From contig OZ037771.1 in NCBI GenBank assembly GCA_964035545.1, positions 11,226,480 through 11,290,479 on the forward strand: DNA of 64,000 bases, given 5' to 3'. How positions within the stretch are numbered: position 1 is the stretch's first letter; every line of letters starts with the position of its first letter. The notes under the pieces were generated by a model. It was not told the origin of the DNA and searched no databases. It was given only the letters and a program-made list of their open reading frames with translations. Both the position numbers and the translations under genes were made by a program. Shown here in pieces: positions 54,901 to 64,000 of this stretch. The DNA is from Bugula neritina. Its lineage: Eukaryota > Animalia > Bryozoa.

Positions 54901-57900
54901 TCAATGGATGTCTGAGGCTACACCGACACGTGAGTGACCAGTCCGCTGCTCAGTAGACAGTTTCAAAGAGTCACCAACTGATAAGATGACGTAGAGAATC
55001 AGAACTGACCTGGAATCTTCACTTTGCCGCTGGTAAAGGATTCGTCAGCGTAAGGATGAGGACTCTCCACAACTACTGGTTTAGGTATCAGCTGTTCACA
55101 TTCAGCCACAGCAGCAATATCCTCTAAGTCTGTTATATACAGCTCCATGAGCATGTCAGCCACCTGCCGGCAGAGATCAATTGCATAAACACGCAACAGA
55201 AGCAACTTATATGCTGTAGGAAGTTACGAGTTACTAAAGATAAAGCGAGATCCTAACCTGCGGATGAGCTTTGGTGAGAGCACATAGCACCCCCGACACT
55301 GACTGGGTGCCATAGCCTTCTTTGTCGGCTCGATTTGCAATGGCTAGTTTCAGCAGATCCACCAACATCCTAGCGTCATCAGCAGACATCTTAGCAGTGA
55401 ATTCATTTAGATCAATCAGAGTAGGGGTGGTGGGAGACACGACCCGTATGGTGTCCAGAACTGGTGCCACCAGGTCCTACGATGAAGAACACAAGATTAT
55501 GAACTGACAAAGACTAGTTCTATGAAAGCTAATGATTAACTTCTAGTTTTAACTGTAGAAACTTATTAACATTTTATACTTAATGATGAAAAAGATACTA
55601 ACTGCATTGATCTCTAAATCAGCTATGTCATGTGATTGTTCAAGCTGAGTTGGTGTAGATGTCATTGTGAGGGCGGATGGCTCAGCAACTTCTTCTACTT
55701 TCAACAACTTTATGTCACTCAGCGAGACCTGTTACAATACACCAACTCTTGCAATATAAGAACTCACAAGAAAACAATCTGCACACACAAATGTTTGAAA
55801 CGGAGATCTGCTTGAAACTCAATATTTCATTTAAAGTATTGGTAACAGTGGAGGATATACCTCGGCGTCGTCTTTACAGGACACATCAGGTGCTGTACAG
55901 GAAGAGCGAGGAGTGAGCAGAGTTGGAGACATCATTGGACTGATACTGGCGGGTGTAGAGATGCTGACGCTAGTCTCGCAGTGACTGGAGACCATCGTAG
56001 TTCTCTCATTCTCTAGACGCATGGCACTCACCAACCTCTCTCTACAGAAGCAGACGTGTAAGCTGCTGGTTCAACATACTGGTTGAAAAGAAACGGCAGC
56101 AGAATAGCCTGTAATGTCACTAGCTGTAGCAATTACTAGAGTAGACAGACACGAAATGTCAGAAGTTTTAATATTTTTTTCACTTTCTTAACACTAGAAC
56201 TTATATAAGAACTGTTATAGTGTCCTAGAGCAGATATTTAGCTACGACTGTTCTTTAAGACACATTCTCCTGTAGTAATATTTCTGCTTTAATAAACTGC
56301 TTTAATAAACTGCTTCATTGTGCCACTTTTCCCGACCAGCTTACATGTTGTTCTATTGCATAACACAAGCTATCAAGTTCGCTATTTCTTTCACCTTATA
56401 ATGCAATGCAAAACATACAATAATTTTAGTGAAAAATCAACTCACCTGGCAAAGGTAATACACAGAGACCTCAACACATGCTGCAGAGCTTTCTCCTTGT
56501 GTTCAAACTGCTGAAGACTAAGTATAACTTTAGCTAGAGATGGCTTGTTCTGATTGGTTGATGGAGCAACATTGGTCACTGTATGGGAGTTATCACCCTT
56601 TTCAATTAACCCTGTAAAAGTGATACACATTTCAGACATGCAGAAACCATTTACAGATAAATAATATGTATTTTCTTCAGAAGTCTTATAGTTGTATGCT
56701 GAATATCGCACAAGCATATATGTTATACAAAACTGTTTATCCGCAAGAAAGGAAAGCAAAATATGAGAGCAGCTTGGTAGTGTCACAATGATGTCTTTAA
56801 ATATTCATAACTTTGATATACAGTATGTACGTAGACATCAGTGCGCAGGTCATCATATCAAGTAGATATACACTCAAATTGTATTGAAATATAAATGGAT
56901 GTATTGATACTAAAGATAGATATTCAACCAAGTTTACAGCAAACTTGACTTGACTAAAATGTTTGGTTATCTCAAAGTTAGTCAAAATAACTTGATATTC
57001 CATAAACTGATTGGCAATCACTCATAGCCCTGACTTTTTTTCCGTTTGTATAACAACACACTGCGCTGTGCCCACCATTTGATTTAAGTCAAAACATTAT
57101 TTTTAAAATGTTGTATCAAAATGTGACTCACCGAGTTGTGAAGCCCCAAGAGGGTCTTTCGCAACAGGGAATAGTACGGGCTCGTGAGCTATGGGTGAGA
57201 AGACATCTGTAGTAGCCCAGGCTACACTGTGACTGGACCCACAGGCTACCTTGGTGATGTGGTAGCCGTCTAGACCTTGCACCAACACTGGCTTCTTGTT
57301 TACGTTAGTAGTGCCGTTGCCTTGCTGGCCGTGGTCATTATCTCCCCATGCATATACCTGAAATGTCCAGTTGTAACTTCTTCCATCACCATTACATTGA
57401 TAAAAATCAATTAATATTTTTGACAGTTCTGTTTTTTCTTATTGAAGAGTAGTACACTACTTGGCAAAATAAACTTCAGAATTGGTAGAATTAGAACTAG
57501 TAACAAGCATTATCATTGATTATCTTTGTATTCAACATATGATTGGTTAGCTGGCTGTGATCTATGATCTAATTGGTCAGTCACACACAAGTAAAATATA
57601 TTGTGACAAACCTCTCCGTTACTAGTGACAGCCAGGCAGTGAAGAGCTCCCACCGCAATATGAACAATCTTCTTAGACTTGAGACCCTCAACTATCTGAG
57701 GTTTACGGACATGACTATCGGCACCGTGTCCCAGCCTGAAGTAATCTCCCTTTCCCCTGAATGCAAGATATTTGGGTGAGTGAGATGAATAATAATAAAG
57801 GGTACAATATATTGGCTATTCTAGTACAATAGTATTTAATGTGAAAACATGGCGATTTGGCAGCAAGCAATACACTATACAGTGTTCTGTAGATTTTTAA

Positions 57901-60900
57901 AAATAAATTGATATGCGCATGCTAAAACAATCTAGGAATGTGTTAAATAACAAATATTTAGCAGCAAAGTGGTGAACTCAAAAGAACATGTTGCGCAAAA
58001 AAACTAAACATGTCGTGAATTACTTTAAACCTGCTAAAGGTAGGCAAAAAACTAAGACCATATGGCAAGGAATCTGTTGAAGACACCAGAGAAGCTGCAA
58101 TGTACTAAAATAGTGAATAAATACACAACACTGTGAATGTGAAACTCTGAGGACTGGTAGCCTGTGATCCTCTCATAAGGAAATGAGCTCACCATGTCCA
58201 CACTTCACCAGACTTGGTCAATGCCAATGAGAACTGAGCACCACACTCTATTTGGCAGACGCCCATCCCTTTCAGTCTGTCGACAACGTGGGGCTCCATA
58301 CAGCCTTCACTTCCGCCACGACCTGTGGAAATGATTCACTGTGTAGTATCAATATTGTAGAACCACAAGCTATACATAAAATACCCGTATTACACATCCA
58401 CAGCATTTCCACACGGTCAGACAGCAGGACTATAACAGCAGAGTATAGCAAGTAGCGTAACAGCTCTCATAGTCCTAACTTTATTCATGTCAGGAGACTA
58501 GAAACTACCAGGTGATATAAGCACTGTTCATCAGAAAGATGAAAGACTCTACATGTGTGGTCCACTTGACAGTGATGTCATGAGCAAGTGACTCACTAGT
58601 CTTTCTATTTATAGACTTAACCCAGTTCCACATGACTCAGTCTTTCTATTTATAGACTTCACCCAGTTCCACATGGCTCAGTATTTCTATTTATAGACTT
58701 CACCCAGTTCCACATGACTCAGTCTTTCTATTTATAGACTTCACCCAGTTCCACATGACTCAGTATTTCTATTTATAGAACTCACCAAGTTTACCAAAGT
58801 CACCGTCTCCCCAGGAGTACACCAGACCGTCTTCTGTTAAAGCAAGAGTTTGAGCATCTCTACTTCCACAGGCTACTTGCATCACCCTTTTACCTGCACA
58901 TTATAATATTAGTGTGACTAGTGTGACAATATATTATAGCAGTACGTGACAGTATATTATAGTAGTGTGTAACAGTATATTATAGTAGTGTGTAACAGTA
59001 TATTGCATTGTATAACATAAAGAAAATCTCACCAGCTAAGGCTTTAACCTGTTTAGGTCTCAACTGCGTAAGGTTATCCTTGTGACCCAGCCGGCCATAC
59101 TCTCCGAGACCCCACGTGTACAGCTCCCCGTTAGACGTGATACAGGCACTGTGAGCACTTCCACAAGCTATGTCTCTCACTCTCTTAGACCGGAGGCACT
59201 CAATAAGTCGTGGAGTATCACAGGTTCTGAAAGAGAAAGTTATACTCACATCTATTTACTGACAAAGATAATACAGAAACAATTAACAATTTGGTCACAG
59301 CAACTAAATAAAATTTTCGCAACACAAAATTTATGACAGAAATGTCACATTAAGCTAATGGCTAGTTCCATATTGAAACGACTCAATGGATTAACAATAA
59401 CATAGCTGGCCAGTGACATAAAGCAGCTACAAAACTCTCTCTGGCTATAAAGATAGTGTTACTAACGCTCGGCTATAGTGACCAAGTTTCCCATCATCTC
59501 CTTCGCCCCAAGCAAACACTTTGCCATCGACAGTAAGCGCCAGAGCGTGTCGGCCCCCAGAATGCACTGCCACCTTCTTCACCACGTACTGGCTGAGAGC
59601 TGTAAGTTGGGTGGGGAGAGACACCGTCCCACTAGAAATTCCTAATCCAAGTCTACCATTTGTAGCTTCTCCGCACGCATAAACTTTCCCATCTTGTGTG
59701 ACGCAATACAGACTTTTTGAGCCACCAGCTATCTGAGTACACTTTAGTCTGGATAGAGTGTCGTTGAGCACCGGTATCTTTATCTTAGACCCCTTGGGAC
59801 CCCCTAGTTGCTCCTTATCATTCAACCCCCAGCAGAAGACGTGAGTGTAGATGTTTTTCTGTGCAGTAGTATTACGTTTAGTCGTAGACTTAGAACTGGC
59901 GGATACACAGCTGACCTCTTCATTAGATTCGTCAGAATCAGAAGCTAGGAAACTGTAAGCCATTGCAGCTGTTTCAAAGTCCACGTCGTACACACGACCT
60001 TGCAAGGTGAGGCTGTGTATCTTGCAGTCTATGCCAGAGTTCTTGCATTGTGTGATGGCCACCTCAATGCACTTGTGGTACTACAAAGTACAAAGAGTAA
60101 CAAACTATATATAGAGATAATATATAGAGATAATATATAGAGATAATATATAGAGATAATATATAGAGATAATATATATAGAGATAATATATAGAGATAA
60201 TATATAGAGATAATATATAGAGATAAAATATAGAGATAATATATAGAGATAATATATAGAGATAATATATAGAGATAATATATATAGAGATAATATATAG
60301 AGATAATATATAGAGATAATATATAGAGATAATATAAAGAGATAATATATAGAGATAATATATAGAGATAATATTTAGAGATAATATATAGAGATAATAT
60401 ATAGAGATAATATATAGAGATAATATATAGAGATAATATATAGAGATAATATATATAGAGATAATATATAGAGATAATATATAGAGATAATATATAGAGA
60501 TAATATATAGAGATAATATATAGAGATAATATATATAGAGATAATATATAGAGATAATATATAGAGATAATATATAGAGATAATATATAGAGATAATATA
60601 AAGAGATAATATATAGAGATAATATATAGAGATAATATTTAGATAATATATAGAGATAATATATAGAGATAATATATAGAGATAATATTTAGATAATATA
60701 TAGAGATAATATATAGAGATATAGCAGCGATATGCTACACGCAGAGTAACAGCTTCTCGACTGTTGTAAATATCACAATAATTTCCAAAAACTAACAGAA
60801 TTCCTTGTTCACAAGATTTAATGATTGCTTCAGGTTATTTTAGAGATTTTCAAACAAGAAGTTTTGAATATGCTCAAATTCTTCCAAGTGGCGTTTTCAA

Positions 60901-63677
60901 AATTCCTTGTGGAATTTACAATAATTGTAAAAAAAATCTTTAAAAACAGCCTCAAGTAAGACAGCGGCTTCAATTTTCATCATAATATTGAAACATTTTC
61001 TGTTAGAATTTAGTTGAAACAAGCGAGTACACTTTTTACTATACAAAAACAGTGCTTTTCAGCATTTCTATGAGATTAAACAATATTTTAGCAAAACTCT
61101 AAAGTAGCCCAAAAAATGCTCCAAAACATTAAAACGAAAATTACTGCACTTGGTAATTCTTACTTCTTTTACGTCTTGCAGAAGAACCACATCCGCTGCC
61201 TGACTCGTCAGCTTGATAGTAACAAAGTTAAGGTGCTTCAACCTGTCAAAGGAGTCGCCAGCGGAAACCTTGACCTTGGTAGGCATGTAGCTGCCATCCT
61301 GTGGGTCAACTGTGATGGACAGGCGGGCTATGCAGATGTCCCGTCTCATCTCAACACGGATCCAGTGCTAGGCAGGAAATGAAAAGAAATATCACAACAT
61401 TTTTCAAACAATAAGAATAACACTAAAATAGGCATGATTTAAACAACCTCTTAATGCCGATTTTTACCTCTACAATACCAACATCAAACTTAATAGGGCA
61501 GTATTCTCACATGCAAACCAGCACAATTCTTAAATCTCATCTCCAAATAACTGCCATTAACTACAAATAATGACATAACTGTATTTGGTAACTGAGAAAA
61601 TCTTATTGCTATGACATTTAAAGTAATTTAGCTGAATGACCTGATGCCAAAATATGCTATTTGAAATTGAAATTATAAAAGTTCAAGAATCCCTGACACA
61701 CTTCATTTATGCAGTAATAAAATACTCATACACATGTATATTTTAGTTATCATCTACATAATGTTTGAAGGTTGTATACTCGAACGTTTTTGTTTCATAA
61801 AAAGCTCTGCGCTCAAGCTGATGACGTTCCAGGTTGTCTCTAGAGTCTATGGTGTTATAAAGCTAAAAGTGCTTACTGCTGACTTTCATTGCACACTATT
61901 CTTAGCTGCTGCAACACACAGCTTAATCACCATGTTGGCTTAAAAGTTTAAACTTTGAACTTTCAAGCTGGTTCATATATAATTCATTTAGTATTTGCAT
62001 ATGTATAGTATGTACACTATGTATAGTATAGTACGTGTATACAGTACACATATATACGCAGTATAATATATTCAGTGTAGTATATATATAGTGTAGTATA
62101 GTATATTTATGTATATAGTAGAGTATATTATAGTGTAGTATCCATATAGCATACACATAGTACGTTTAGTGTAAACATATAAGAATTACCTCCCCTTGTC
62201 TGCCAGAACTCTGCCAGCACCCATCCAGAGACTTATCATACAGCCTAGCTGCCTGCCGCTCCCTAGACGACACACTCAGGTTCTTAACACACTTGTTCCA
62301 GTCGCTGACGACAGTGCCAGGGGGTCCGGCAGCGTTACGTCGAGGAGGGGGTGGCATAGTGCTGACGACATTAGTGCATCCTGACAAGCCGGCGTAAACT
62401 GGGGCCACACCTGTAGAACATTGCGTCATGTTTAGTATGTTCAAAGCCTTTAACTGTTCAAATAATTAGAAATTAATATATAAGAGACGCTGTTATATTA
62501 AAAAAGTGCTACATTTTAACCAACCAAGTGTGTATAAACCCTGCATTCTTCACCTTTACATCGTACATTCATAGACTTCCTTGTGTATCAAGGATTGCGT
62601 TCACCTGGTGCTATATTCTTATGCTAAGGAGATTTAGCAGAGCTCAAAAACAAGAAATTAGTAGCCACGTTCACCAGTTATATGTGCAGACAACTCACCG
62701 CAAACAGTGAACTTGAAGAAGGGGTGAGAGCGATGCCGTCTAGACGTGAAGCAGCGCTCACAGTAGTTGTAATCTACGCACACTTGACACTTGTATCTGT
62801 GACCAACAATGGGGTGGGTGCCGCACCCTTCGCACCTAACATCACAAAAATAGTGGTTTATTGTCTTCATCATTCCAGTTTTGACATTTGAGAAGAAACA
62901 GATTCGTTTCACCTAACATTACTATAATAATATATTCAAACAATACCTATGCACTCCAGGGATCACTCGCAAACTTAACAACTAATTCAGTATCAAACAC
63001 AAATCAATTTGGCGATACACACAATCTCTTAGGTGGGAGGTTACATTAGTTCAGCTTCCCTCTGCTACGAGAATCTCGCGAGTCATCAGATGAAGTATTT
63101 ATAATCACATATAAAATATCACACATGAAAAAACAACTGGAAAATAACGATCAAGTAAACAGGTAAAAAAAACATTTTTTCCAGCACCAAGTTAAAATAT
63201 TTACACCTCGCATCTATAACTAGTTCTATTTTTATCAATAGCTATACTAATGTTCAGTGTATAAGTCAAATATCTAAACATAGCTCAACTATCTAAATAT
63301 GACTCAAACATTTAAATATAGCTCAACAATCTAGACATAATTCATATATTGAAATTACGTAATGAATCTGAAAATATCACTCAATTTTATGATTTATAGA
63401 CAATCAACTACTAGCGAAGAGAAAAGCTTCATAGTGATGACTACTCACTGTATGTTGGTGTGTGTGGTGGGCACAACTTCTAGTTCAGAGAGAAGTCCGG
63501 TCCAGTGAGCGTGAGAAGGGAAGTCTATAATAGCATCTCTGCCATTGGGTGCAATGCTGCTCACTGTGCCAATAGAATGGTGTGTAACAGAACCCCACTT
63601 GTATCTTGGCAGCGATACACTAAGCCTCACTCTCACTCTGTCCCCCACCCGTATTATTCGCCGTGGACCAAAGTCTA
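39969..63677 (-). CDS. HERC2: E3 ubiquitin-protein ligase HERC2, 3' part (36 exons, ~2178 aa; 5' end lies beyond the window)
   Basis: Exons (all GT-AG, phases consistent, 6539 nt total): 63449-63677, 62699-62835, 62190-62410, 61164-61367, 59467-60080, 59033-59226, 58786-58893, 58193-58322, 57612-57756, 57132-57357, 56446-56611, 55861-56041, 55258-55476, 55010-55163, 54434-54541, 53389-53561, 52710-52888, 52103-52286, 51532-51684, 50978-51122, 50572-50738, 50104-50315, 49570-49766, 48899-49136, 47452-47687, 46294-46441, 45536-45734, 44911-45060, 44126-44324, 42890-43012, 42491-42653, 42031-42178, 41510-41680, 40964-41105, 40247-40370, 39969-40020 (TAG). HERC2-diagnostic peptides: [89 protein letters not shown]. 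Confidence 0.97.
40801..40985 (-). repeat. 37-bp x5 array duplicating a HERC2 exon end plus splice donor
   Basis: Unit (minus) ATCTACTTCTGTAAGAGTATAG|GTAAGTTAACCAGTC. Confidence 0.95.
42210..42461. repeat. 26-bp minisatellite x~9 filling a HERC2 intron
   Basis: atatacaaccactgtactactactct. Confidence 0.95.
42686..42892 (-). repeat. Degenerate 17-19-bp array of CAG|GTGAGT donor-like motifs
   Basis: acactcacctgttca-type units, about 10. Confidence 0.85.
43267..44131 (-). repeat. 28-bp x~30 array duplicating a HERC2 splice donor
   Basis: Unit (minus) CCTGGTGCTAG|GTCAGTATATTACTCAC. Confidence 0.97.
45758..45916. repeat. 15-bp minisatellite (gtaatatactggggc) x~10 near a HERC2 acceptor
   Basis: Direct observation. 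Confidence 0.9.
46964..47306. mobile_element. Non-autonomous hAT (Charlie-like) DNA transposon / MITE
   Basis: TIRs cagggctgtccaac / gttggacacccctg, subterminal ggccc motifs, degenerate 8-bp flanks atttagat / acttggct (5/8 identical). Confidence 0.75.
47731..48874. repeat. 21-bp minisatellite x~54 (ggtgtggtgatacagtaacta) filling a HERC2 intron
   Basis: Direct observation. Confidence 0.98.
51127..51351 (-). repeat. 31-bp x7 array abutting a HERC2 splice acceptor
   Basis: accaatgagatgtagagctcagtgagctagt; ends 1 nt from the CAG at 51123-51125. Confidence 0.93.
52323..52729 (-). repeat. 43-bp x9.5 array duplicating a HERC2 exon end plus splice donor
   Basis: Unit (minus) CACATAATATCTTCACCCAG|GTTAGTATAACTCTATACTCAGG. 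Confidence 0.96.
57200..59850 (-). other. HERC2: HERC2 RCC1-like domain 2 (approximate limits)
   Basis: Repeated RCC1 blades: [52 protein letters not shown]. Confidence 0.9.
58598..58790 (-). repeat. 41-bp x~4.7 array overlapping a HERC2 donor (copies degenerate)
   Basis: Real AACTTG|GTGAGTTCTATAAATAG versus copies AACTGG GTGAAGTCTATAAATAG. Confidence 0.88.
59990..62300 (-). other. HERC2: HERC2 DOC/APC10 domain (three exons; approximate limits)
   Basis: [17 protein letters not shown]...DGSYMP...[18 protein letters not shown]. Confidence 0.85.
60107..60723. repeat. 13-bp minisatellite (gagataatatata) x~47 near a HERC2 acceptor
   Basis: Direct observation. Confidence 0.97.
62699..62835 (-). 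other. HERC2: HERC2 exon encoding the ZZ-type zinc finger
   Basis: CEGC-x11-CQVC-x5-CERC..H..H pattern. Confidence 0.9.
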
Positions 63678-64000
63678 CTGAAAGAGCAATAATGGAATAA
63701 CTACAGCAAGTTATGAGTAAAACTTTTCAACAGCTGATCAAAGCCTTAGCCAATCATTGGACGCTTTATTCACACACAAGGCTGTAAATCATATAACAAA
63801 CAAATATAATAAATTAAAGCTGAACGGAGAATAGGATGTAAAGAACAGAATGTACATGAAATAAAATTTATATATAATATAAGTAAAACCAGTAAATAAA
63901 CTAAATTAGAGAAAGAATAAAGTAAGGAAATACAGCACAGAATACAAAGACTATGTTTCGAATAAGTACATTTACTGAGTTGAGCATATAGATGTTAAGC

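Overview
AT-rich, intron-rich animal genomic DNA (probably an invertebrate; inference only). I reconstructed three spliced genes by hand, all on the minus strand with GT-AG introns and consistent phases. (1) 7561-8782: a two-coding-exon secreted prepropeptide of about 272 aa with amidation/cleavage sites; it looks like a neuropeptide precursor carrying an ELH/DH44/CRH-like 36-mer and a calcitonin-sized disulfide 32-mer. (2) 13608-30819: an 18-exon, 942-aa non-classical cadherin with 5 EC repeats, a TM helix and a long Ser-rich tail. (3) 39969 to beyond 63677: the 3' 36 exons (about 2180 aa) of HERC2 (ZZ, DOC, RLD2, RLD3, HECT). The most unusual signal is in the HERC2 introns. About 14 of the 35 introns carry their own unrelated minisatellite, and in at least five the repeat unit is the exon/intron junction itself, giving tandem arrays of 5 to about 30 copies of the 5' splice donor. 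One further array copies the 3' splice-site region. In the four donor arrays I translated, use of any distal copy gives a frameshift or a stop. The window also holds a hAT-type MITE, a palindromic MITE, a tRNA-derived element and several microsatellites. There are no prokaryotic features and no CRISPR arrays.
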